From an uncultured Verrucomicrobiae bacterium (GTDB lineage: Bacteria; Verrucomicrobiota; Verrucomicrobiia; Limisphaerales; JAFGQR01): 42,902 nt of DNA. This document shows, piece after piece, positions 9,521-19,218 of the stretch (its first letter is position 1; every line of letters begins with the position of its first letter). The notes below the pieces were generated by a model. That model had not been told where the DNA came from, made no database searches, and saw only the letters and a program-made list of their open reading frames with translations. The translations under genes and the position numbers were made by a program. The stretch is taken from contig CAWBHS010000037.1 in NCBI GenBank assembly GCA_963788655.1, forward strand, positions 1-42,902, in the 5' to 3' direction.

Positions 9521-12500
9521 ATGAGCGCCCACGCCTACACCGAAGACCAGCTTGTCGAGCAGCCCGCCATCGGGTTGTTCGCGGAGCTTGGCTGGGCCGT
9601 GGCAGGGCCGCCTCCCAATGCCGGTCGTTGCCGGCGAGAGCCGCTTGGTGACGCCGGGTTGCTCGGGCGCGAGACGAAGGGCGAGGTGGTGTTGGTGTCC
9701 CGGTTGCGCGCGGCGTTGGAGCGGCTCAATCCCGCGCTGCCGCCCGAGGCCATCACCGCCGCCGATGGATGAATTGACCCGCGACCGTTCGGCTATGAGT
9801 CTTCCGGCGGCTAATCGGGAGATTTATCGCCATTTGAAGGAAGGGATCCCAGTTTCCGTTGCCGAGCCGGAAGACTCACCCTCATCCCCAGCCCTTCTCC
9901 CAGCGGGAGAAGGGAGTCGCGGCAAGAAACGCTCCCCTCTACCTTTGGGAGAGGGGTCAGGGGGTGAGGGTCGCGGCGGCGATGGTTCGCGGCGCGCGGG
10001 TGGTCAGCGCACAGTTCGCGTTCGCGTCATCGACTGGGAAAATCCCGCCGCGAATGATTTCCTGCTGGTCAGCCAGTTCAGCGTCACGGGCGCGCTCTAC
10101 ACCTGCCGGCCGGATTTGGTCGGCTTCGTCAACGGCCTGCCGCTGGTGGTCATCGAGTTGAAGAAGCCCGGCGTGCCCGCGCGCGCGGCGTTCGACGAGA
10201 ACCTGACGCACTACAAGGCGGAAATTCCGCAGCTCTTTTGGTTCAACGCGCTGCTCATCGCCTCGAACGGCACGGACAGCCGCGTCGGCTCGCTCACGGC
10301 GGATTGGGAGCGGTTCTTCGAGTGGAAACGCATCGAGCGCGAGGACGAGCCGCGCCGGGTGTCGCTGGAGGTGATGCTGCGCGGGACGTGCGACCGGGCG
10401 CGCCTGCTCGACCTGGTGGAGAATTTCACGCTGTTCTCGGAGCACAAGGCGGGGTTGGTGAAGATCATCGGGCAGAACCATCAGTTGCTGGGCGTGAACA
10501 ACGCCATTGTCTCGATGCTCGCCGCGCGGAAGCTGGGCCACGGGCGCGGTGGCGTGGTCTGGCAAACCCAGGGTTCGGGGAAGTCCTTCTCGATGGTGTT
10601 TTTCGCCCAGAAGGTGCTGCGCAAAGTGCCGGGAAACTGGACGTTCGTGATCGGGACTGACCGCGTGGAGCTGGACGACCAGATTGCCAAGACGTTCAAG
10701 GCCACCGGCGCGGTGAGCGAAGCCGAGGGCGACCAATGCCACGCCGCGAGCGGCGCGCATCTGCGGCGAGTTGCTGCGCGGGAATCATCGCTACGTCTTC
10801 ACGCTCATCCATAAGTTTCAGCCCGAAAAGATTCGGGCTGAAACACCCTCATCCCCGGCCCTTCTCCCAGGGGGAGAAGGGGGCGAACCGCCGCATTATC
10901 GGGGCGGGCTGCAATACTCAGGGCTGGTAGAGCGGGCGCGCGAACTGAGGAAGCACCAAACACCGGCAGAAGAAATTGCGTGGGAATTGTTACGGGATCG
11001 GCGGTTTGCTGGCCTGAAGTTCCGGCGCGAGCATCAGATCAACAATTACATCGCCGACTTCTTCTGCGTGGAACACCAGCTCGACATCGAGTTGGACGGG
11101 GAAATTCACAAAACGCCGGAAGTGATGGCGAAGGATGCAGTGCGCGATGCGATGCTGCGTTCGCTCGGCTTCAAGGTGCTTCGTTTCCAGAATCAACTCG
11201 TGCTGGAAAATCCCGAAGAATTCCTGCGTCAAATTGCAGTCGCCTTAGAACTCCCCTCTACCTCTGGGAGAGGGGCTGGGGGTGAGGGTTACGGGCAAAT
11301 GCCCGTATTATGCGACCGGCCCGACGTGATCGTGCTGACCGACGAGGCGCACCGCAGCCAATACGACACGCTGGCGTTGAACATGCGGGCCGCGTTGCCC
11401 AAGGCGCTGTTCCTCGCCTTCACCGGCACGCCGCTCATCGCCGGCGAGGAACGGACGAAGGACGTGTTCGGCGATTACGTTTCCATCTACGACTTCCAGC
11501 AATCCGTCGAGGATGGCGCGACCGTGCCGCTCTTCTACGAGAACCGCACGCCGGAGTTGCAGCTTGTGAACCCGGACCTGAACGAGGACATCTACAACCT
11601 CATCGAGGCGGCGGAACTCGATCCCGAACAGGAGGCGAAGCTCGAACGGGAGTTGAGCCGGCAATATCACATCCTCACCCGCGACGACCGGCTGGAGACG
11701 GTGGCCCAGGACATCGTGCGGCATTTCCTCGGGCGCGGCTTCGTGGGCAAGGCGATGGTGGTGTCCATCGACAAGGCCACGGCGCTCAAGATGCACGACA
11801 AGGTGCGGAAGTATTGGGCGGCGGAACGTGAGCGGGTGGAGCGGGAGATCGCGGAGATGACCCGCTACCCCGTAGCAGCCGACGTAAGGAGGCTCAAATC
11901 GTCCGCTCCCGAGAAGTCAGAGCCGGCTCACGTCGGCTGCTACGATGCGGAGAAGTTGCGCGAACTTCAGGCGCGGTTGGAGGTGCTCAAGACGACCGAC
12001 ATGGCGCTGATCGTGTCGCCCGCCCAAAACGAGATTGAGCAGATGAAGAAGCACGGGCTGGACATCGTGCCGCACCGCAAGCGGATGAATGATTCGCAGC
12101 CGCCGCTGGACGAGAAGTTCAAAGACTCGGACGACCCGCTGCGGCTGGTGTTCCTGTGCGCCATGTGGTTGACCGGCTTCGACGCGCCGAGCTGTTCGAC
12201 GGTGTATCTGGACAAGCCGATGCGCAATCACACGCTGATGCAGACCATTGCGCGGGCGAACCGGGTGTTCCCCGGCAAGCACAGCGGCATGATTGTGGAT
12301 TACGCCAACGTGTTCGCGTCGCTGGAAAAGGCGCTGGCCATCTACGGCGCCGGCAAGGGCGGCAAGAACCCGGTGAGGGACAAGGCGAAGCTGGTCGCGG
12401 ATCTGCGCAAAGCGATTGAGGCGGCGACCGCATTCTGCGCCACGCGCCAGGTCATCTTGCCGGCCATCGAACAATTGCCCGCCGGCAGCATGGAGCGATT

Positions 12501-13381
12501 GCAGCGGATGGACGATGCGGTCAACGCGCTGATCTCGCCCGACCCGTTGCGGCGGGAGTTCCTGGGCCACGAGCGGTTGGTGAGCACGCTTTACGGGGCC
12601 GTGAAGCCCGACCCGGCGGCGTTGGAGTTCGCCGCGCGCGTCGCCTGCCTGGCCGCCATCGCGGACGCCATGCGCGCGCAAGACTCAATCCCGGCCCGCC
12701 GGATATTTCCGAGGTAATGGGCGACATCGGCGAAGCTGCTGGACGCCTCGATCACTGGCGTGGACATGCCCGCCAAGCCCGCGCCGGCGATGGACCTGTC
12801 GAAGATTGATTTCGAGGCGCTGCGCAGGCGGTTCAAAGAGTCCAAGCACAAGAACACCGACTTGGAAGTGCTGAAGGCCGCCATCCGCGCGCAACTGGAG
12901 AAGCTGATTCGGTTGAACAAGACGCGGGCGGATTTCGCGGAGAAGTTCGAGGAGTTGATCGAAAGCTACAATGCCGGCAGCCGGAACATCGAGGAGTTAT
13001 TCGAGGAGTTGGTGAAACTGAGCCGCAACTTGTCCGAAGAACAGCAGCGCCATGTCCGCGAGAACATGACCGAGGAGGAATTGGTCATCTTCGACATCCT
13101 CACCCGCCCCGCGCCCGAATTGAGCCCCGGAGGAACGCGCCGAGGTGAAGAAAGTCGCCCGCGAACTTCTGAACCGCTTGAAGCAATTGCTCGTCCTCAA
13201 CTGGCGGCAAAAGTCCAGCGCGCGCGCCCAACTCCGGCTGGCCATCGAGGACGTGCTGGATACCGGCCTGCCGCGCGCCTACGACCAACCGTTCTACCAG
13301 CAAAAGTGCTCCGCCCTCTTCGAGCACGTCTACGAGAGCTATCCCGAACGGGATGTGGGTGTTTACTCGGTGGCAGGATGA
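9521..13381 (+). CDS. hsdR: Type I R-M restriction subunit R; apparent frameshifts near 9765, 10765, 12680 and 13130; three in-frame palindromic insertions
   Basis: Nuclease motif [19 protein letters not shown]; helicase motifs [35 protein letters not shown]; typical C-terminus ending FEHVYESY. Confidence 0.93.
9878..9971. mobile_element. Gene-less (MITE-like) version of the DUF559 element, in-frame in hsdR
   Basis: Left arm accctcatccccagcccttctcccagcgggagaaggg, short spacer, right arm ctcccctctacctttgggagaggggtcagggggtgagggt; translates as [12 protein letters not shown]...[13 protein letters not shown]. Confidence 0.75.
10845..11289 (+). mobile_element. Second palindrome-flanked DUF559 element, in-frame in the HsdR motor domain
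   Basis: Left arm accctcatccccggcccttctcccagggggagaagggg; [12 protein letters not shown]...KFRREHQI...DFFC...IELDGEIH...[17 protein letters not shown]; right arm 11251-11289 identical to 429-467. Lies between [10 protein letters not shown] and [20 protein letters not shown]. Confidence 0.82.
11871..11944. repeat. GTAG-type REP doublet (REPIN-like), in-frame in hsdR
   Basis: Perfect 15-bp inverted repeat cgtagcagccgacgt / acgtcggctgctacg, encoding VAADVRRL...SEPAHVGCY. Confidence 0.75.
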
Positions 13382-13644
13382 GCAGACAAGTTTCCATAGG
13401 CGGCGGAGAGTTAAAACATCGCTCACGCTCAGACAGGCCAACCATCACCAGGGTCTCGCTCCCCACCCTGCCACTTGTGGAGTGCAATGGCGTAGGGTGC
13501 GCGACGTTATTTACCGTCTCAGAGCGGAGACTTGCTTGTAGAATCTGAAATTGGAGTCGATCATTTCTTGCAGGCGGTCGTTGATGACGTGATCGAAAGT
13601 TAAGCGGGCGTCTTCGGAGGTCCGCGTCTCAAATGAACTCATGT

Positions 13645-14460
13645 CTAGCCCCGTTCGAGAACAGCGGGCGGGCCATGCAATGCTTGTTGAATGGAGGTCA
13701 ACAGTTGCTCGGAATCGAAGGGCTTCTCGAAAAAGCCCGCGGCTCCGAGAGCTTTGGCTTTCTCGCGCAGACCGGCTTGTTTGCTGGCAGTCAGAAAGAT
13801 GAACGGAGTGGGGCGAGCAATCAAGGTCTGCACTTTTTCGGCAACGGTAAACCCATTTCCAGCCGGCATGCTGATGTCCAGCAACACCAAGTCCGGCTCC
13901 AATTTGACCGCGGCGCCGACGCCGGCCAGGGCATCCTGGGCAACGGCGGTTTCATAACCGGCGGACTTCAACCGAATCGACAAGGCCTGGGCAATTTTTG
14001 GATCGTCCTCAACGATCAAAATCTTCTTGCCACGACGAACGGGAGCCGGCTTCAGTTCCTCAGGGGAAAGGTCGGGCTGAATCTTGGCGGTGTGGGTATC
14101 GCCCATCGCATAGCGCGCGAGTTGAATGAGTTCCCCGGGGTCGTAGGGTTTTTCCAACAGACCGGCGGCGCCGATTTCCATGGCTTTGCGCCAAAGATCG
14201 GGATCTTTGCTGGCCGTCACCAGGATAAATGGGATATGGCGGGTCTCGGATTGCGATCGCAAACGTTGCGCGAGTTCCAGGCCATTGCCGCCGGGCAATT
14301 GGATGTCCAGTAAAACCAAATCCGGGCGGCGACGGACGGCTTGATCGAAGCCCATGATCGCGTCGTTGGCGATTGCCGTTTCGTAGCCCTGATCCCGGAA
14401 TCGGAGGCTCAAGGCGGAAGCGATGCGCGGGTCGTCTTCAATAATGAGAATCGTTTTCAT
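13645..14460 (-). CDS. Response regulator with two tandem receiver domains
   Basis: ILIIEDD...PDLVLLDIQLPGGNG...LEKPYD and ILIVEDD...PDLVLLDISMPAGNG...FEKPFD. Confidence 0.9.
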   Translation of the reverse strand: MKTILIIEDDPRIASALSLRFRDQGYETAIANDAIMGFDQAVRRRPDLVLLDIQLPGGNGLELAQRLRSQSETRHIPFILVTASKDPDLWRKAMEIGAAGLLEKPYDPGELIQLARYAMGDTHTAKIQPDLSPEELKPAPVRRGKKILIVEDDPKIAQALSIRLKSAGYETAVAQDALAGVGAAVKLEPDLVLLDISMPAGNGFTVAEKVQTLIARPTPFIFLTASKQAGLREKAKALGAAGFFEKPFDSEQLLTSIQQALHGPPAVLERG

Positions 14461-14471
14461 GGGATCGAGCG

Positions 14472-14882
14472 TCAGGCAGCCGCCTGTTGATCGGGCTCCA
14501 GCGCGTCGGTGGAGGTCGGTGCGTTGGTCAAAGCGCGCTCGACGGCGGCCAGGAGTTTCACCGGGTCATAGGGTTTCTCGAAAAAGGCCGCGGCTCCCAT
14601 TTCCTGCGACGTCCGCCATAGCTTTGGTTTGCGGCTGGCGGTCATGAAGATGACGGGTATTTGATCCAGGCCGAGGCGTTTGAGTTCTTCGGCCACCAGG
14701 AATCCGGCTTTACCAGGCATCCAAATATCCGAGATGATCAAATCCGGTTGGTAGCTTAGGGCCGCCTTGATGCCATAACGTCCATTGGATTCGGTGAGCA
14801 CATCGTAGCCGGCAGCTTGCAGCCGAATGCCCAGCGCTCGGGCAATCTTTTTGTCATCTTCCAACAGGAGTATTTTCTTCAT
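14472..14882 (-). CDS. Single-domain response regulator (receiver only)
   Basis: ILLLEDD, PDLIISDIWMP, FMTAS, FEKPYD. Confidence 0.9.
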   Translation of the reverse strand: MKKILLLEDDKKIARALGIRLQAAGYDVLTESNGRYGIKAALSYQPDLIISDIWMPGKAGFLVAEELKRLGLDQIPVIFMTASRKPKLWRTSQEMGAAAFFEKPYDPVKLLAAVERALTNAPTSTDALEPDQQAAA

Positions 14883-14892
14883 GAGTGTCGTT

Positions 14893-16980
14893 TTAATTCT
14901 TGCTTATTAAACTCGTCGGCTGGGCTTGGCCTGGGGAATTGTCCATGTCGGCCTGGGGGCGCCGACTCCAAAAGGTGGTTTCCGTGGACTGCCGGGCGGT
15001 GCGAACCGCTTCGATCAGTTGCCGGGGCATGCACGGCTTGGCCAAGACGGTGGACGGGGAAACTTCCATGGCCCGTAACATGATATCGCTGTCCGGATAC
15101 CCGGTATTTAAGATCACCGGAAGCGCGCCCCATTGCCGGCGAATTCGTTGTAGCGTTTCCGCGCCATCCATCTCCGGCATGGCCAGGTCGAGCACCACCA
15201 CGTCAGGCAAGTGACGTTCCATCGATTGGAGGGCATCGGTTCCACCGCTGGCGACTGCGACTTTGAATTCGGCCTGTTCCAGGATTTCGCGCAACATCTC
15301 CCGCATCTGCGCATCGTCATCCACCACCAGGACGTTCCATCGTTGGACCATGGTTTGTTTAGGGAGAACAAAGCGAAAGGTGCTGCCCCGGCCGGACTCA
15401 CTTTCCACCCAGATTCGGCCGCCGTGCAACTGCACGATTTCGCGGCAGATATACAGACCCAGGCCAATGCCCTTGCCCGCCGCGGCATCTCCATCTTGGA
15501 CCTGGTATAAGCGGTCGAATATCTGGTCCCGGCGATCCGCTTCAATGCCGCGTCCATGGTCGCGCACCGACACTTGCACGAAATCCGGTTCCGCGGGTGC
15601 CGTGGCCACGTGGAGTTGAATCGTGCTTTTGGCCGGTGAGAATTTGATCGCGTTGGTGATGAGGTTGCCGACCACCTGGGTAATGCGGTTGGCGTCGCAG
15701 GGTACTTCCGGCAAATCCGGTTCCACCTCGCAAACCAGGCGGACCTTATTCTCCGCCGCCGCCGGACTGAACGTGGTCGCCAACCGCTGAACCAAGCTGC
15801 CCAGGGAAACCGGCGCGACGTCAATCCTGAGTTTACCGGTATCCAACCGGGTGGCATCCAGCAGGTCATTCAGGCAAACCCGCATTTGGTCGCAACTGTC
15901 CAGGGCAATCCCCAGGTATTCCTTTTGAGTGGGATTGACTTGTCCGGCCAGTCCATCGTTCACCAAGGAAACAAATTCCCGCGCGGAGGTCAGCGGGGTC
16001 TTCAGTTCGTGGGACAGGGTGTGGTAAAAGCGTTGAATTTCCTCGTTGCGACGCAACAAATCCTGGTGGGTCTGCTGCAACGACGCGTGGATCGAACGGA
16101 TTTGTTCCTCGGCCCGTTTGCGTTCGGTAATGTCTTCGGTGGTTCCGACAAAACCGATGACCTTGCCCTCCGAATACACAACCGCCGTCCGGGTATGCCC
16201 CCAATGAACTTTGCCTTGCGGGGTGCGAAATCGAAACTCGCGGGCGAATTCCCGTTGCGCGCGGATACTGTCATTCCAATCCTGAATCACACAATCCGCA
16301 TCCTTGGAATAAATCCCGCGCAACCAGCCGGCGCCCAGGCATTCATCGTGGGTGAGTCCCGCAATCTGTTGCCAGCGTGGATTGGTATAGACGCAGTTCC
16401 CGTCGAGATCGGTCAGGAAGATGCCGACCGGAGAGCACGTTGCCAGCATCCGGAAACGCTCCTCGTTTTCCCGCAAGCTCTGCTCAGCCCGTTTGCGGTC
16501 GGTGATGTCCGTGCGAATCGCAACAAAACGGACCGGGCAACCTTCGCTATCTTTGAATGGTACAATCGTCGTATGTACCCAGTAAAACGTACCGTCTTTG
16601 GCGCGATTCATGACCTCGCCGCGCCAGACCTCTCCCCGCGAGATGGTCTGATACATTTCCTGAAAGAACTCCGGGGAGTGGTGTCCGGACTTTATGATGC
16701 GGTGGTTCTGGCCCAGCAGTTCTTCCCGGGAATACTTACTGATCGCGCAGAACTTGTCGTTGGCATAAATAATTCGCCCTTCGCGATCCGTAATGGCAAC
16801 AATGGAATGCTGATCCAGGGCAAACTTCTGCTGTTTCAGTTCGTCCAGCAATTGGTCCGATTCCTGGCTGGTCGGCCGGGACGAAGGCGGCCCGGAGCCA
16901 GGACGAAGCCGGTTACGTAATCGATGGGCAAGCTGCCCGAAGACCTGGGAAACCGTTTCATTGTGCTTTCCGATATCCAT
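14893..16980 (-). CDS. Hybrid sensor histidine kinase (PAS-PAS-HisKA-HATPase-REC)
   Basis: Two PAS/PAC domains (DITDRK, DITERK), H-box LSHELKTPLT, N-box NLITNAIKFS, G-boxes DHGRGI and GIGLGL, C-terminal receiver. Confidence 0.93.
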   Translation of the reverse strand: MDIGKHNETVSQVFGQLAHRLRNRLRPGSGPPSSRPTSQESDQLLDELKQQKFALDQHSIVAITDREGRIIYANDKFCAISKYSREELLGQNHRIIKSGHHSPEFFQEMYQTISRGEVWRGEVMNRAKDGTFYWVHTTIVPFKDSEGCPVRFVAIRTDITDRKRAEQSLRENEERFRMLATCSPVGIFLTDLDGNCVYTNPRWQQIAGLTHDECLGAGWLRGIYSKDADCVIQDWNDSIRAQREFAREFRFRTPQGKVHWGHTRTAVVYSEGKVIGFVGTTEDITERKRAEEQIRSIHASLQQTHQDLLRRNEEIQRFYHTLSHELKTPLTSAREFVSLVNDGLAGQVNPTQKEYLGIALDSCDQMRVCLNDLLDATRLDTGKLRIDVAPVSLGSLVQRLATTFSPAAAENKVRLVCEVEPDLPEVPCDANRITQVVGNLITNAIKFSPAKSTIQLHVATAPAEPDFVQVSVRDHGRGIEADRRDQIFDRLYQVQDGDAAAGKGIGLGLYICREIVQLHGGRIWVESESGRGSTFRFVLPKQTMVQRWNVLVVDDDAQMREMLREILEQAEFKVAVASGGTDALQSMERHLPDVVVLDLAMPEMDGAETLQRIRRQWGALPVILNTGYPDSDIMLRAMEVSPSTVLAKPCMPRQLIEAVRTARQSTETTFWSRRPQADMDNSPGQAQPTSLISKN

Positions 16981-17554
16981 ATCTCATCCGCACTGGCGCC
17001 TGTCTGACAATTGGGTACGTAAGCTCCGCTTGCCGCCTGAAATCCGGCAAGGGAGCGTGATTGGCTACCGAGATTCAATCGGGCCGGACTACTTGTTTCT
17101 AAATGTTAATGATTAGAACTACATTTAGCATTACCACTACGTCTCAGGGCAAGCAGCTTGCCTGCCTAATAACTACTCATGGCGGGATGTTACAAATCAG
17201 ACGGCGGTTGTGCCGATCGGCGTTTGAGTAGGGGGCAAAACTCCTGGAGCGAAGGCACCATTTGCCTTTACTGGCGCGTGGAAGTGCTGTTTTGAAGCCG
17301 CCAATGCATGATGATCGGTATGGCAAGCAATTTCAGCAGTGCCGCAGAATTGCTATGGATCGATCATGGGACCGAGCCGAGCACCTTCATTCACTGCCAG
17401 AGATTTCGCCAGACAGCCCCCATAAAGCACTGGACATTCTTTCCTCAAGCAAGCGGCAGTTTCCGCCGGTTCACTTCCGGTCTCGATGCCAACCCGGTCG
17501 AATATCTTTCTCCCTCTGGGGTAGTGGAACCGCGCCATCCATTCCTGGCTGTTG

Positions 17555-17709
17555 TGCGTTGTCGGCAGCCATCCCTTGTTTCCATCACTCATCATGTCAC
17601 ACGAGCGGCGGGACATGCCTCGATTGCCTGAAATCATCCGTACCGAATCCGAACTGGAGGAGGTACTGACGCGACCCAGCCCCCGACTGGTGGCGTCGGT
17701 CAAGGGCAT
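17555..17709 (+). repeat. Truncated, diverged duplicate of the epimerase 5' region (other copy 23801-23956)
   Basis: tgcgttgtcggcagccat...gtcggtcaagggcat occurs at both sites; peptide MSHERRDMPRLPEIIRTESELEEVLTRPSPRLVASVKGI versus MSHERREMPRLPELIRTESELEEVLTRPSPRLVESVKGI. Confidence 0.9.
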
Positions 17710-17870
17710 AGCTATAGATGTGATTGATGCCGGTATGGTCCCAACGCAAATAGACGATCTCGCCATTGGGCAGGACACTCGGCGTGTGATTGTGGTCCTG
17801 ATCAAAGTACAACTGCCATGGCTGCGACCCGTCGGGATTCATCGAGTGGATTTCATTGTCCCAGCCGGCG
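17710..17870 (-). pseudogene. Internal fragment of a beta-propeller (TolB/HzsA-like) protein gene
   Basis: HSMNPDGSQPWQLYFDQDHNHTPSVLPNGEIVYLRWDH, with no credible start or end. Confidence 0.45.
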
Positions 17871-17905
17871 CGGGGCAGCATGGCCACGCGCAGGGAACTC
17901 ACCAT

Positions 17906-19074
17906 TCAGTTCTTCATCGCCCACACGATGCGGTTGCGGCCGGGCTTCAGCTCGGCCAGGGGGCCGGGGATGGCTTGCGTGCGCTTGGCGCCAGTCAGGT
18001 CCGTGTCCACCGACTGGTGAAACTTGATGGCCGCAGTCTCCCAGCCGCCGAATTCCTTGCGGTAATTGGTGTCCTCGATGAGGTTGCCCTCGATGAGGCA
18101 TCGCGTGGCCCCCTTCTGGCCCCCGATCCCGGCCTCGCCGCAGCGGCGGATGAGGTTGTGGCGGACCACGTGGTCGCCGAAGGCGTCGATGTCGTCGTAG
18201 TTCACCCCGACCGCGTGCCCCAGCACGATGCCCACGCACCGGGCGTTGGTGACCCGGCAGTTCTGGATGAGCCAATGCTTGCCCCCTCGCGGGCCGATCG
18301 TCCCCATCTGCGTTTCGAGCCCCGGCGGCTGCCAGTTCTCCGCCGAGTGCATCAGATGCAGGCCATCCACGGTGATGTAGCTCAAGCCGGTCGTCTCGGG
18401 GAAGAACACGCACGGGCGGACGTTGATCTCGGTCAGGGCGTCGTTGGGTTTGGTCGGGCCGAAGTTGGCACGAATGACCGTGGTCCGCTCGCCCGCCTGC
18501 CCATGCCAAGTGCCGTTTCGTTGAGCCACCTCCTGCGGCGTTTGCGTTTCGAGCAGCGCCTCGCCGTCCAGGTGCCCCGGTGATGCCACTTTCCGTATTC
18601 GAGCCAGCCGCCGGAGAGGTTCAGGGCGTAAGGGTTGTAGTCTCCGAATAAATCGTTCGGCAGCTCCGCCTTCCAGACCCCGCCGCCTTCGTCCGTCCAC
18701 GACGTGACGCGCTCGGAACCTTTGATGATTACTACCTCACCCGAGGCGGCGCGGTAGGTGATCCGCTGGTCTTCGCCCGTTCCGCCGCGAGCGGGCTTGA
18801 CCCATTCGCGATACGTGCCGGCATGCATGATCACCGTGTCGCCGGGCTGGGCAACCGACGCGGCCTGGCCGATCGTCCGGTACGGACGGTCCTTGCCGCC
18901 GGGGCTGGAGTCGCTGCCCGTGGTGGCCACGTGGATTTCGCGGGCCGCGGCAGTCTGGAACCCCAGCGCAACGGCCAGACACGCTGCCAGGAGCACGACC
19001 ATAAACGGGAATCTTCTTGTTGGCCTCAATGCCTGTGCTGCGGTTACAGAGCATTGCTTTCGGTTCATGTTCAT
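17906..19074 (-). pseudogene. Secreted right-handed beta-helix protein (DUF1565-type, carbohydrate-active), frameshifted and apparently internally deleted
   Basis: Signal peptide, REIHVATTGSDSSPG...TIGQAASVAQPGDTVIMHAGTYREWVKP; after a frame change near 18575: FGPTKPNDALTEINVR...IEGNLIEDTN...ETAAIKFH, then an abrupt short tail. Confidence 0.65.
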
Positions 19075-19218
19075 GGGGAATGCGCTACTCCCGCGCCGGC
19101 GAAGTATCAACCTTATTTACTCCCGCTGCAGAACGACAACTTGGCCATTGGGCAGGACGCTGGGGGTAATGATGGTGCAAGGGATCAATCGCATAGAAAT
19201 ATGTGGTGAGGTTGTCGA

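Noticed and set aside
5157..9786. Diversity-generating retroelement template/variable repeats
   Set aside because: No reverse transcriptase, and the differences between copies are indels and mixed substitutions, not adenine-specific.
10845..11289. Intein with homing endonuclease
   Set aside because: No N-terminal Cys/Ser block or C-terminal His-Asn + Cys/Ser/Thr; the insert is only ~148 aa and is bounded by DNA palindromes.
9521..13381. hsdR (and other genes) as true pseudogenes or programmed frameshifts
   Set aside because: Single-base frame breaks occur across unrelated genes in the window while catalytic motifs are intact; sequencing error is more parsimonious, though unproven without reads.
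13382..13640. att site or tRNA marking the island end
   Set aside because: No tRNA fold or matching direct repeat found within the window.
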